Notes under the pieces: generated by a model
What the model was told of the DNA's origin: nothing
Database searches by the model: none
The model's input: the letters and a program-made list of their open reading frames with translations, nothing else
Assembly: GCF_028290025.1 (NCBI RefSeq)
Contig: NZ_JAQGKQ010000055.1
Coordinates: forward strand, 1,092 to 65,091
DNA: 64,000 nucleotides
Direction of reading: 5' to 3'
From: Cypionkella sp.
GTDB lineage: Bacteria; Pseudomonadota; Alphaproteobacteria; Rhodobacterales; Rhodobacteraceae
Program-made: the position numbers and the translations under genes
In this document: piece after piece, positions 1 to 10,057 of the stretch
How positions within the stretch are numbered: the stretch's first letter is position 1
Layout: every line of letters starts with the position of its first letter

Positions 1-5
1 GCAAA

Positions 6-818
6 ATGAGCCGATTTGATACCATCCTGATCACCGGCGCTGCGGGTCGCTTAGGCACCGAACTGCGCCGGGGTCTGGCCCCATTGGCACGGCGTTTGCG
101 GCTGTCTGATGTGGCCGAGATCAGCTATTTGCAACCCAATGAGGAAGCCGTGATCTGCGATCTGGCCGATGAGGCCGCGATCCTGTCGCTCACCCAAGGC
201 GTTGATGCGATTGTGCATTTCGGCGGCGTCCCGATGGAGCGGCCTTGGGACAGCATCCTAAATGTCAACATTCGCGGCAGCTATCACATCTACGAAGGCG
301 CGCGGAAAAATGGCGTCAAACGGGTGATCTATGCCTCGTCGGTCCACGCTATCGGCTATCACGACTTGGAAACTCAGATCGACGCCAACGCCCCGCATCG
401 CCCCGATGGGCTGTATGGCCTGTCGAAGTGCTTCGTCGAAGATCTGGGCCGCCTCTACTGGGATAAATTCGGCATCGAAACCGCGGCATTGCGGATATTC
501 TCGTCCTTCCCCGAGCCGAAAGACCGCCGCATGTTGTGGTCCTACCTGTCGTTTGACGATTGCATCCGCCTCGTCACAGCGGCTTTGACTGCGCCTCGTG
601 TCGGCTTCACGGTTGGCTTCGGCATGTCAGATAACACCGTGAAAACCGTCGATAACCGCCTTGCGGGCCACCTTGGCTATCACGCAAAAGACAGCTCGGA
701 ACCCTTCCGTGCCGGGGTCGAGGCGCGCACCGATCCGCCCGATCCGAACGCGCCAGCGGTGCGGCATTTGGGCGGCTGGTTCGTAGATTTAGGTCACCCC
801 GACGAGGAGTCGAAATGA
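6..818 (+). CDS. NAD-dependent epimerase/dehydratase family (uronate dehydrogenase-like extended SDR)
   Basis: ITGAAGRLG Rossmann motif, YASSVHAIG, YGLSK (YxxxK). Confidence 0.85.
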   Translation: MSRFDTILITGAAGRLGTELRRGLAPLARRLRLSDVAEISYLQPNEEAVICDLADEAAILSLTQGVDAIVHFGGVPMERPWDSILNVNIRGSYHIYEGARKNGVKRVIYASSVHAIGYHDLETQIDANAPHRPDGLYGLSKCFVEDLGRLYWDKFGIETAALRIFSSFPEPKDRRMLWSYLSFDDCIRLVTAALTAPRVGFTVGFGMSDNTVKTVDNRLAGHLGYHAKDSSEPFRAGVEARTDPPDPNAPAVRHLGGWFVDLGHPDEESK

Positions 819-2020
819 AGACGCAATATGACGTGGTGATCGTGGGCGGAGCGGTGATTGGCTCGGCGGTGGCGTATTTCCTGATGGCGAACCCCGATTT
901 TGATGGCTCTGTATTGGTGGTGGAGCGTGATCCGACCTACGCCAAAGCCTCGACCTCGCTGTCAGCGGCCTCAATCCGCACGCAGTTTTCCAACGCGATC
1001 AACGTGAAGATCAGCCAGTTTGGCTATCAGTTTATCAAGCAATTTCCAGAGGTAATGCAGGTCGGCGATGACAAGCCCGACCTGAATTTCCACTCCGGCG
1101 GCTATCTCTATCTCGCAGGCACGCCCGAGCAGGAACAAATCTTGCGCGAAAGCCATGAGGTGCAGCGGGCATGTGGGGCCGACACCGTGCTGTGGGATCA
1201 AGACGAATTGGCCCGCGCCTTCCCGCATCTGAACGTCGATGATATTCGCCTCGCCAGCTACGGCCAATCCGGCGAAGGTTGGTTCAACAACACCGGCATC
1301 ATGTCCGGTTTCCGCAACAAAGCCCGCGCCTTGGGGGCCGAAGTTATCAATGATGAGGTCACGGCCATCGGTCGCACTGGCGATGCCGTCACCTCTGTCA
1401 CGCTGAAATCCGGTGCAACTGTTCAGGCGGGCACCGTGGTTAACGCCTCCGGCCCCCGCGCGGCCCTCACTGCACGGATGGCTGGCCTCGATGTCCCCGT
1501 TGAACCCCGCAAACGCACCCTGTTCGTGTTCGATTGCGCCAAAACTCCCGAAGGCAGCGCCACGGTTAACCAAGGTCGCCTGCCCCTGATGATCGACCCG
1601 TCCGGCGTATTCTGCCGCCCCGAAGGCCGTTTCTTCCTGACCGGAGCCGTCCCCGTCGAAGATCCCGCCGTCGATTGGGACGATTTCGAACCGCGTTACG
1701 AGGAGTTTGAAGACATAATCTGGCCCGCCCTCGCCAATCGCTCGCAGGGGTTTGAGGCGATCAAAGTGGTTAACCAATGGGCTGGCCACTATGATTTCAA
1801 CACGCTTGACCATAACCTGATCGTCGGTCGCCACCCGCAGGTGCGCAACTTTGTTTTTGCCAACGGCTTCTCCGGCCACGGCTTGCAACAAGGCCCAGCC
1901 GCAGGTCGCGCGGTGTCCGAGTTGATCATATACGGCGGCTATCGCACGCTCGATATGTCCGAAGTCGGCTATGAACGCATCGTCGAAAACCGCCCTTTCC
2001 TTGAGAAAGCGGTGATCTAA
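815..2020 (+). CDS. FAD-dependent oxidoreductase, DAO/sarcosine-oxidase-beta family
   Basis: VIVGGAVIG FAD motif, GFSGHGLQQGPA C-terminal motif; ATGA overlap with upstream gene. Confidence 0.85.
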   Translation: MKTQYDVVIVGGAVIGSAVAYFLMANPDFDGSVLVVERDPTYAKASTSLSAASIRTQFSNAINVKISQFGYQFIKQFPEVMQVGDDKPDLNFHSGGYLYLAGTPEQEQILRESHEVQRACGADTVLWDQDELARAFPHLNVDDIRLASYGQSGEGWFNNTGIMSGFRNKARALGAEVINDEVTAIGRTGDAVTSVTLKSGATVQAGTVVNASGPRAALTARMAGLDVPVEPRKRTLFVFDCAKTPEGSATVNQGRLPLMIDPSGVFCRPEGRFFLTGAVPVEDPAVDWDDFEPRYEEFEDIIWPALANRSQGFEAIKVVNQWAGHYDFNTLDHNLIVGRHPQVRNFVFANGFSGHGLQQGPAAGRAVSELIIYGGYRTLDMSEVGYERIVENRPFLEKAVI

Positions 2021-2035
2021 AACGGGCACGCTGCG

Positions 2036-2950
2036 ATGATGGATCGCCCCTTCCGCCTTCCGCCTTTGAACGCTCTGCGAGTGTTTCAGACCGTGGTGCG
2101 GCAGCGTAGTTTTCGCGGCGCGGCGGATGAATTGAGCGTCACGCCGCAAGCCGTCAGCCAGCAAATCAAACTGCTGGAGGACACGTTGGGGCTGGAATTA
2201 TTTGCCCGCAAAGGCCGCGCGATTGAGCCGAATGAGCAGGCGATTTTACTCGCCCATTACGTCCAAGCCGGCTTCGATGAGTTTGCCGAAGGTGTGCGCC
2301 GCGTCACAAAACTCGGTCAGCGCAACCGTATCAACCTCAATGCCAGCCCCTATTTCGCCACCCGTTTCCTGCTGGATCGGCTGGCGGGATTCCGTGAAAT
2401 CATGCCCGGTGCCGACCTGCGGTTAACCACGATGGTAGAGCTGCCCGATTTCGTCGCCGATGATGTTGATGTGGCGATCCAATGGGGTTTTGGCACTTGG
2501 ACGCAGTTCGATCAGGTGCTTTTACTGCGTGATATCAAGGTGATATGTTGCACGCCGACGCTGGCGCAAAGCCTGCACGCGCCCGCAGATCTGCGCGCAG
2601 TACCGCTGTTGCATTCGGTTCTGGCCGACCTTTGGGCTCCGGTTCTGACGCATCTGGGCGTGGTCGGCGCGATCGCCCAAAGCGCGTTCCGCTTTCAGGA
2701 TGCCGCCACGATGCGCCGCGCGACCTTGGCGGGCTTGGGCGTCGGTTTGCTCTCCACGATTGACGCTGACGAGGATTTAGCCTCCGGCAAACTGGTGGCT
2801 CCGTTTGGGCGCGATGTGATGGCAGCAATGCCAGAAACGCAGACACCGGGCTTTTATCTAGTGCTGCCAAAAGCGCATCGCCGGGTAAAATCTATCGCGG
2901 CATTTTGCGATTGGGTGGCGCATGAAAACTGGGCTTTGCCCATTGTTTAG
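2036..2950 (+). CDS. LysR-family regulator (GcvA-like)
   Basis: LPPLNALRVF...SFRGAADELSVTPQAVSQQIKLLE helix-turn-helix. Confidence 0.9.
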   Translation: MMDRPFRLPPLNALRVFQTVVRQRSFRGAADELSVTPQAVSQQIKLLEDTLGLELFARKGRAIEPNEQAILLAHYVQAGFDEFAEGVRRVTKLGQRNRINLNASPYFATRFLLDRLAGFREIMPGADLRLTTMVELPDFVADDVDVAIQWGFGTWTQFDQVLLLRDIKVICCTPTLAQSLHAPADLRAVPLLHSVLADLWAPVLTHLGVVGAIAQSAFRFQDAATMRRATLAGLGVGLLSTIDADEDLASGKLVAPFGRDVMAAMPETQTPGFYLVLPKAHRRVKSIAAFCDWVAHENWALPIV

Positions 2951-2962
2951 ACGGGAGACGGC

Positions 2963-3682
2963 ATGGCGCAGGCATTGGTGACGGGGGCGACCAGCGGCAT
3001 TGGTCGGGCGATTGCACTGGCGTTGCATGGCGCGGGTCATGAGGTTATCGCGCTTGGTCGCAACGCTGCCGCCCTTCAAGGATTGAGCGCGCTGGGGATG
3101 CAAACCCGGCAGGTTGATCTGGCGGATGCAGCCGAATTGACAACGGCTCTGAACGGTCTCGCCCCCGATATTTTGGTGAATAACGCTGGCGTGATGCCGC
3201 CGCTGGGCAATTTTTGCGACGCCGATCTGGCCGACATTGATCAGGCGATTAACGTTAATTTGCGCTCGGTTCTGGCTCTGACCCACGCGATAGCTCCGGG
3301 TATGCGCGCGCGGGGTCACGGTCATATCTTCTTCACCGGATCGACGGCAGGCCACGCCCCCTTCGCCAATCTCGCGGTCTATTGCGCCACGAAGGCTGCG
3401 ATTGGTGGCTTTGCCCAAGCCCTGCGGTTGGACCTAGCGCCGCACAATGTCCGCGTCACCGAGATCGTCGCAGGCCGCGTTGAAACTGCGCTTTATAGCA
3501 CCTTGCTTCCGCCCGAAGCCCGCGCCGCGATGTATGCAGGCAACTCCGCCGTGCAGCCCGAAGATGTCGCAGCGATGCTGCTGGCGGTGCTGGCCTTGCC
3601 GCAATCGGTCGATGTGGCGCGGTTCGATATTCTTCCCACATATCAAGGGGTCGCCACGGGCACCCCCAAGAAAGAGGCGTGA
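2963..3682 (+). CDS. short-chain dehydrogenase/reductase
   Basis: TGATSGIG, NNAG, YCATK. Confidence 0.9.
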   Translation: MAQALVTGATSGIGRAIALALHGAGHEVIALGRNAAALQGLSALGMQTRQVDLADAAELTTALNGLAPDILVNNAGVMPPLGNFCDADLADIDQAINVNLRSVLALTHAIAPGMRARGHGHIFFTGSTAGHAPFANLAVYCATKAAIGGFAQALRLDLAPHNVRVTEIVAGRVETALYSTLLPPEARAAMYAGNSAVQPEDVAAMLLAVLALPQSVDVARFDILPTYQGVATGTPKKEA

Positions 3683-3683
3683 A

Positions 3684-4433
3684 ATGAAGGGGTTATCAGT
3701 CGTCATCATCGGAGGCGGTGCAGGTTTGGGCGCGCTATTGGCACAGATGGCAGTCGCCGAAGGTGCCAGCGCCTTGGGCATCATCGACGTGAACGCAGCC
3801 GCCGCCGAGGCAGCTTTAGCCCCCGCCCGCGACGCTGGTCTGCCGCACGCCTTTGCCGCCTGCGACATACGCACCGCCGAGGCCGCGCACGCTGCCTTCG
3901 CCCAAGTTGCCGCCGCTTTGGGTCGCGTCGATACCCTGATCAACTCCGCCGCGATCTATCCGCGCAAGCCGATCCTAGAGATTTCGGATGCCGATTGGGA
4001 TGCCTCCAACGCGATCAACGTCAAGGGCACCTATCACATGATGGTCGCCGCGATTCGCCAGATGCGCGGCCAAGATCCCATTAACCATATCCGTGGCCGC
4101 ATCGTTAACATCACCTCGGTCGATGCCTTCAAGGCCCACCCGCAGAACGCGCATTATGCGGCGACCAAGGCGGCGGTGGTGAGCCTGACCAAAAGCATGG
4201 CGCAAGAGGTCGCGCCTGATGGCATTCTAGTTAATTCGGTTGCTCCTGCGGGGATGGCTACCGAAAAGGCCCGCGAGTCGGGCTTTCTGAATGAACTCGC
4301 CAAAGCCAGCCCTTTGGGTCGTGGCGGTGAGCCGCGCGAAATGGCCGAGTGGGTGCTTATGGCAGGCGGCCCGCGCAACACCTATATGACAGGGGAAAAC
4401 ATCATCGTTTCAGGAGGTTACATCTATGCTTGA
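3684..4433 (+). CDS. short-chain dehydrogenase/reductase
   Basis: GGGAGLG, NSAA, YAATK; start moved to ATG 3684 just after upstream stop. Confidence 0.85.
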   Translation: MKGLSVVIIGGGAGLGALLAQMAVAEGASALGIIDVNAAAAEAALAPARDAGLPHAFAACDIRTAEAAHAAFAQVAAALGRVDTLINSAAIYPRKPILEISDADWDASNAINVKGTYHMMVAAIRQMRGQDPINHIRGRIVNITSVDAFKAHPQNAHYAATKAAVVSLTKSMAQEVAPDGILVNSVAPAGMATEKARESGFLNELAKASPLGRGGEPREMAEWVLMAGGPRNTYMTGENIIVSGGYIYA

Positions 4434-4439
4434 GGCAGC

Positions 4440-5198
4440 CTAGCCCTGCACCCGTTTGAAGGCGACGGTCAAGGCGGTCTCCATCGCAGCACCGCCGCCA
4501 CCTTGAACGAAAGTTTGAAAAATCATTTCATTTAGGCCGCCCTTGGTGGAATGATCCTGCCGCAACTGCTCAAACGAGGCAGGTTTCTCGCGCAAGACAT
4601 CGCCCAAGCTGCCGAACAATCCGCGCAGATACAGCGCGGCATCAGCGTCCGAATGACCCTGCGCCACCATCCAAGCCGAGGCGGTTTCGAGCAGGCCGAA
4701 ATAGCTGCCCATTAAGGCGCTCGCAGCCGCGTATGCATCATACGCGGCCAGATCACTGACAGGCAAAGCGGTGCCCAAAGCCGCAAAAATCTGCATCGCT
4801 ACGGGCTGGGGCGGGAACACCGGAGTCACCCCCTCATGCCGTTCGACAAATGGCAACGGGATCGCGCGGGCGATATCTTTTGCGCCCGTCCACTCAGCCA
4901 AAGTCTCGATATGCAGCCCCGCGATCAGGCTGATAATTGGGCGATTTACTGTGAAAATCAACGGCTTAATCACCATCTCCGCCACTTGAGGACGCACCGC
5001 GAGGATCACAACATCGGCCTGATCCAGCACCGCTTGATTGCCAGCAGCGACCGTCACGCCCGGCAGCAGCGCCAGTTCCGCAGCCACCGTCTCACCACGC
5101 GGTGAGACGACAATCTGCCAATCCGCCAGCCCCGACGTCTTCAGCCCCCGCACCATATGCGCGGTGATCGTGCCGGTGCCGATAAACCCCAGCCGCAT
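4440..5198 (-). CDS. pyrroline-5-carboxylate reductase family protein
   Basis: LGFIGTGTI, VILAVRPQ, HSTKGG (cf. ProC SPGG); divergent ProC paralogue. Confidence 0.75.
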   Translation of the reverse strand: MRLGFIGTGTITAHMVRGLKTSGLADWQIVVSPRGETVAAELALLPGVTVAAGNQAVLDQADVVILAVRPQVAEMVIKPLIFTVNRPIISLIAGLHIETLAEWTGAKDIARAIPLPFVERHEGVTPVFPPQPVAMQIFAALGTALPVSDLAAYDAYAAASALMGSYFGLLETASAWMVAQGHSDADAALYLRGLFGSLGDVLREKPASFEQLRQDHSTKGGLNEMIFQTFVQGGGGAAMETALTVAFKRVQG

Positions 5199-5951
5199 CT
5201 AGGCCACCGCCTGCGCGCCGGTAATTTCCACCAAAGATCCGCACATAAAGGCTGCCTCATCGGACGCTAGAAACGCCACCAAGGCCGCCACTTCCTCGGG
5301 CCGACCAATCCGCCCAAATGGCACCATCTTGTCGAGATCGGCAATGGTGCGGCCCGAGCGTTTCACCCCTGCCTCCAGCATCGGCGTGTGAATTTCGCCC
5401 GGACACACTGCATTCACCCGGATTTTCTGCGCAGCATAATCGCGCGCAAGGTTCTGCGTGAAACTCGCCACCGCCGCTTTGGTGACGTTATAGGCGATGT
5501 GGTTTGGCGCGGGGTAAAGCCCCCATTGTGAAGCGGTGTTCACAATCGCTCCACCACCCGCTGCAATCATATGCGGCAGGGCTGCTTGGCACAGATGAAA
5601 CATCGCGTCGATATTGATTGCGAAGGATAAATCCCAATCATCTAGCGTCAACGACAACAGATTTCCACGCCGATTGACCCCCGCATTGTTGCACAGAACA
5701 TCAAGGCGCCCCTCAACCGCGATCACATCGGCAATCACCGCGCGACATCCCTCGGCCCCACCAATATCAGCGGCAAAACTGCGCGCACGACCGCCCGCAT
5801 CGCGCAGCCGCAACGCCGTCTTCTCCGCCCCGTCCGCGTTCACATCTGTCACCACCACGCGCGCGCCTTCCGAGGCAAACCGCTGGCAAATCGCCGAGCC
5901 AATACCGCCCGCAGCCCCCGTAACCACAACCACTTTATCCTGAAACCGCAT
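5199..5951 (-). CDS. short-chain dehydrogenase/reductase
   Basis: TGAAGGIG, NNAG, YNVTK. Confidence 0.9.
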   Translation of the reverse strand: MRFQDKVVVVTGAAGGIGSAICQRFASEGARVVVTDVNADGAEKTALRLRDAGGRARSFAADIGGAEGCRAVIADVIAVEGRLDVLCNNAGVNRRGNLLSLTLDDWDLSFAINIDAMFHLCQAALPHMIAAGGGAIVNTASQWGLYPAPNHIAYNVTKAAVASFTQNLARDYAAQKIRVNAVCPGEIHTPMLEAGVKRSGRTIADLDKMVPFGRIGRPEEVAALVAFLASDEAAFMCGSLVEITGAQAVA

Positions 5952-5960
5952 TTTATTCCC

Positions 5961-6725
5961 CTAACGCAGATAGCTGCCGCCGTTCACATCCAGCACCGCG
6001 CCGTTCAGCGACGCCTGACTTGGCCGCAGCGCAAACGCCACCAACTCACCGATCTCGGCAGCCTTGGCCATCGCGCCAATCGGGATGCCAGCCATAGCCG
6101 CCGCTTCGCCATGCTGCGCAATAAACGCCTCGGCCATTTCGGTGCGAACCCAACCCGGCGCTATCGCCACCGCCGTAATCCCCTCCGCACCATGACTTTG
6201 CGCCACCGATTTCGTAAGGTTAATCAGTGCGGCCTTGCTCGCGCCATAAGCCATCGCGTTCGAGGCATAACCGCGCTGCCCCGCCCGGCTCGCCATATTG
6301 ATAATCCGCCCACCACCATGCGCCCGAAAGTGCAAGATCGCCGCGCGGGTCAGATCAACGGCGGCGAGGAAGTTCACCCGAAACTCACGCTCCCACACCG
6401 CTTGCCACTGGTCCAACGGCGCATCTACGGCCACTTCAGACCGGATGCCCGCGTTGTTAACCAGCCCATGCAATCGCCCGGTCAAAGCCTGCGCCTGATC
6501 CCATAAATCAGTTGCCCCTGCAGGCTCTGACAAATCCGCGCCAACGCACCAACCTGCGCCGCCGATCTTAGCCAACAAAGCCTCTGCCCCGGCCCGATTG
6601 CGTCCGTAATGGATTACCACTCGCGCGCCTTCAACAACCAAAGCGCTACAAATCGCCTGCCCAATCGCCCCCGTCGCACCAGTGACCAGCACGTTCCGCT
6701 CAGACAGGCTTCTCGCCATAGTCAT
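5961..6725 (-). CDS. short-chain dehydrogenase/reductase
   Basis: TGATGAIG, NNAG, YGASK; start at ATG overlapping upstream TGA. Confidence 0.85.
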   Translation of the reverse strand: MTMARSLSERNVLVTGATGAIGQAICSALVVEGARVVIHYGRNRAGAEALLAKIGGAGWCVGADLSEPAGATDLWDQAQALTGRLHGLVNNAGIRSEVAVDAPLDQWQAVWEREFRVNFLAAVDLTRAAILHFRAHGGGRIINMASRAGQRGYASNAMAYGASKAALINLTKSVAQSHGAEGITAVAIAPGWVRTEMAEAFIAQHGEAAAMAGIPIGAMAKAAEIGELVAFALRPSQASLNGAVLDVNGGSYLR

Positions 6726-7765
6726 AGTTCGCCCACCTGTGGACCCCATGTATCCGACAGCGCAAACCCGGTGACAAACGGATCATCCGGGTTCACCCGC
6801 AACTGCTCGCGACCGTAAATCCACGCTTTCCCGGTGATCCGAGGCAGCACTGCCCGGTGTTTGCCTACCACCGCCTCGCCGATTGCTTCCGCCTCAAATG
6901 TACCACCGATGATCGAACGCGAGGTCAAACTGTCACCGACGCTGACCTCACTGCGTTCAAACATTACCGCCAAATTCGCCGACGACCCAGTACCGCAGGG
7001 TGAGCGATCGACCCGCCCCGGCTTCAAAGTCGTGCAAGTCACGATAGCGCCGTCGGCGTCGCGCGCCCGAAACATCACATAGGCGACCTCGTCCAAACCG
7101 GGGATTTCGGGGTGGTTGACCTTGATCTGCCCGCGCAAATCCGCCTTGATCGCGATGCCCGCCTCAGCCAAAGCCCGCGCATTTTCCGGCACAATCGTTA
7201 GGCCAATTTGCTCCACGTCGACCAGCGCATAAAACACGCCACCAAAGGCAATATCGGCGCGTAAGATACCGTAATCGCTGGTTTTCACCTTCATATCCAG
7301 TTCCACCACGAACGCTGGCACGTTGTCCAAGCTGACCGACATGCAGCGGCCATTTTCACAGCGCGCCCGCGCCGTGATTAACCCTGCCGCAGTGTCCAGT
7401 CGCACAACCGAGACGGGTTCCACCATTTTGACGCGCCCGGTTTCCAGTAGTGCTGTCACCACGCATATGCAGTTCGATCCTGACATTGGATGCGCCCGAT
7501 CCGGTTGCAGCACGATGAACGCGGCATCGGCATCGGGTCGGCAGGGCGGCAGCAACAGGTTCACAGACATCGCCACATGGCCGCGCGGCTCGAGCGTTAC
7601 AAAGCGGCGCAGGCTATCGTCTACATTGTTGATGTAGTTCATTTTATCCAAGATCGTTGCGCCCGGAATCTCTGGTGCGCCGCCGACAATGACCTTGCCG
7701 ATCTCGCCCTGACAATGCACCAGCAGCAGTTCTAACGCGCCGTTCCAAAGTGCTATGTCCGACAT
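6722..7765 (-). CDS. proline racemase superfamily protein (Ser/Cys dyad)
   Basis: EPRG, HPMSGSN, FGGVFY, DRSPCGTGSS motifs. Confidence 0.9.
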   Translation of the reverse strand: MSDIALWNGALELLLVHCQGEIGKVIVGGAPEIPGATILDKMNYINNVDDSLRRFVTLEPRGHVAMSVNLLLPPCRPDADAAFIVLQPDRAHPMSGSNCICVVTALLETGRVKMVEPVSVVRLDTAAGLITARARCENGRCMSVSLDNVPAFVVELDMKVKTSDYGILRADIAFGGVFYALVDVEQIGLTIVPENARALAEAGIAIKADLRGQIKVNHPEIPGLDEVAYVMFRARDADGAIVTCTTLKPGRVDRSPCGTGSSANLAVMFERSEVSVGDSLTSRSIIGGTFEAEAIGEAVVGKHRAVLPRITGKAWIYGREQLRVNPDDPFVTGFALSDTWGPQVGEL

Positions 7766-7777
7766 GAGTTCATTCCC

Positions 7778-9010
7778 CTAAAAACGGTTAACACGGTAAG
7801 GATACAAGTCCAGCGCGGGCTTCGTGCCGGTGATCAGCTCGCCCATCAGTCGCGCGGTGGTTGCAGCATACGTTAACCCTAAATGCCCGTGACCGGTGGC
7901 ATAAAATACGCCCTTTGTTTTGGCCGAGGCTGACAATATCGGCACGGTATCCGGCAGGGCAGGGCGGTGGCCCATCCATTCGGTAAATTTCGCGCATTGC
8001 AACCCCGGTGTCGCCGTTTGGGCCCGCCTGACCGTTACTTTGGCGCGGCGATAATCTGGTGCGGCGTCCAGCCCCGCCATTTCCACGGTGCCGCCGACGC
8101 GAATACCGCCCGCCGTCGGCGTCACCATAAACGCCCGCGCCGGCCAGATGATGGAGTGTTTGATCTCAATGCCCGGCGCCATGATCTGCGTGTGATAGCC
8201 GCGCTCTGTTTCCAGCGGGATCGGTTCGCCGAGCAGCGTTGACAGCCTGCCCGAGAACGCCCCGGCGCAGATCACCACCTCATCCGCCGCAATCTCACGC
8301 CCATCCGCCAGCTTAACGGCGTCGATTTTATCGCTGCGCGCAAAGCCAACGACCGAACCCTCCTCAACGCGTCCGCCCATAGCCACAAAGCGATCGGCCA
8401 AGGCAAGCACCAGTTTATAGGGATCTTTCATCGAACGATTGTCGGGAAACCGCACCGCCATGCCGATTTTATCCGACAAGGCAGGCTCCAACGCGCGTAC
8501 TTCCGGCCCGCCGATCACCTCATGCGCGAAGCCAAACCGCTTTAAAATCTCGATATGCTCATGGTCGGCGCGAAACTCGGCTTCGTCGGTATAAAGTGAC
8601 AGGCAACCTTGCTCGCTGAGCTGATCCGCAAGCCCGGTTTCCCGCAGCAACTCCACCGTATCCGCCAGCGCACGGCTGCAAAGCGCCGCCCCCTGCGCCT
8701 CTAACGCACGCAGTTTGCTTGGCCGCGACGCCGCAATAAACCGCAAAAACCACGGCACCAGTTTCGGCATATACGAAGGCCGCACCCGCACCGGACCTTC
8801 CGGGTCGAGCATCCAGCCGGGTATCTGCCGCCAGATTGAGGGGCGCGACGACGGCATAAACTCCGTCACCGCGATTGAGGCCATATTGCCGAAAGACGCT
8901 CCACGCCCCGGCGCATCGCGGTCCAGCAAAACCACCTGCCGCCCGCGCTTTTGCAGATCATGCGCAATGGCAGTGCCGATAATTCCGGCCCCAATCACAA
9001 CCGTGGTCAT
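7778..9010 (-). CDS. D-amino acid dehydrogenase family FAD oxidoreductase (possible D-hydroxyproline oxidase)
   Basis: IGAGIIG, ASFGNMA, ERGYH, WMGHRP, GHGHLGLT. Confidence 0.85.
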   Translation of the reverse strand: MTTVVIGAGIIGTAIAHDLQKRGRQVVLLDRDAPGRGASFGNMASIAVTEFMPSSRPSIWRQIPGWMLDPEGPVRVRPSYMPKLVPWFLRFIAASRPSKLRALEAQGAALCSRALADTVELLRETGLADQLSEQGCLSLYTDEAEFRADHEHIEILKRFGFAHEVIGGPEVRALEPALSDKIGMAVRFPDNRSMKDPYKLVLALADRFVAMGGRVEEGSVVGFARSDKIDAVKLADGREIAADEVVICAGAFSGRLSTLLGEPIPLETERGYHTQIMAPGIEIKHSIIWPARAFMVTPTAGGIRVGGTVEMAGLDAAPDYRRAKVTVRRAQTATPGLQCAKFTEWMGHRPALPDTVPILSASAKTKGVFYATGHGHLGLTYAATTARLMGELITGTKPALDLYPYRVNRF

Positions 9011-9013
9011 GGC

Positions 9014-9898
9014 TTATTGCCGGTTGATGATCGGCTGCATAGCGGCTGCAAAATCGGCCTTTTCGTCGTCGGTCAGCGGGCCGAGCGGCATCCGACATTC
9101 GCCCACTGAAAGCCCCTGCAACTCGCAGCCATACTTGAGCTTCTGGACGAATTTCCCCGATTCCAGAATGTTCATCGCGGTGTAAAGCGTCGCCATCTGC
9201 GCCTTCGCCTTCACCAAATCACCCGAGCGGTAAGTCCGATCCAGATCGCAAACCGCCTGCGCCATGCAGTTCGCTGGCCCGCAAATCCAACTATCCGCGC
9301 CCCAGAACATGAAATCCAGCGCGATATCGTCCGAGCCGGAAACCAGCTGAATCCGCCCCGCATAGCGCGTCGCAATGCCAATCGCGCGCTGCAACGCGCC
9401 AGAGCTTTCCTTGATCCCGATCACCCGAGGATGATCCGCCAGCGCATCCAGCACCTCCCAACCCAGTTCGACGCCGTCCTTATCCGGATAGGAATACAGC
9501 ACGATATTCACATCGACCGCATCCAACACCGCGTTGAAATGCTTGATCAATTCGGCTTGCGTTGGCTTGGTGTAGAACGGTGTGGCCAGCAGCACAGTGT
9601 CATAGCCCAACTCTTTCGCGCGTTTGGAATTGGCGATCACTCCCGCAGTATGCGGCGCGTTGGTGCCTGCGATCAGCGTCTCGGACGGCAGTGCGAAATC
9701 CTTCACAAACGCCAGCACTTCCTCACGTTCAGCATCGCTCAGGAAGTTATACTCGCCCGACGACCCACACGGCACCCAACCGCTGACGCCTGCCGCGCGC
9801 AGATTGGTCAAATGGGTTTCAAACGCCACGAAGTCGATTTTGCCGTTGGCATCAAACGGGGTGACAAGGGCGGGCATGACGCCGGACAGTTTCAACAT
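9014..9898 (-). CDS. dihydrodipicolinate synthase family (possible pyrroline-hydroxy-carboxylate deaminase)
   Basis: ALVTPF, CGSSGE, LYSYP, GIKESSG Schiff-base Lys; context with proline racemase. Confidence 0.85.
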   Translation of the reverse strand: MLKLSGVMPALVTPFDANGKIDFVAFETHLTNLRAAGVSGWVPCGSSGEYNFLSDAEREEVLAFVKDFALPSETLIAGTNAPHTAGVIANSKRAKELGYDTVLLATPFYTKPTQAELIKHFNAVLDAVDVNIVLYSYPDKDGVELGWEVLDALADHPRVIGIKESSGALQRAIGIATRYAGRIQLVSGSDDIALDFMFWGADSWICGPANCMAQAVCDLDRTYRSGDLVKAKAQMATLYTAMNILESGKFVQKLKYGCELQGLSVGECRMPLGPLTDDEKADFAAAMQPIINRQ

Positions 9899-9960
9899 GA
9901 GGTGGCCTTTCAAAGCGCGAATCAACCGAAAGCCCACACGTGCAGGCGCTGTTCAAAACA

Positions 9961-10008
9961 TGACGACAGCGTGCCGACACGTCAATTTAAAAATATTCTG
10001 TGTCGACA
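9961..10008. promoter_or_regulatory. putative GntR operator repeats TGNCGACA
   Basis: TGACGACA 9961, TGCCGACA 9972, palindromic TGTCGACA 10001 in the divergent intergenic region. Confidence 0.45.
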
Positions 10009-10057
10009 TGATTGGCAAAAAAGATTAGCCTTTTCCGACGCAATGCAAAGGCAGCAG

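Noticed and set aside
971-2164. Long antisense ORFs (also 15996-17018, 31312-32526, 50325-51338, 62246-63244)
   Set aside because: Shadow frames of well-supported genes in GC-rich DNA, with no recognisable motifs.
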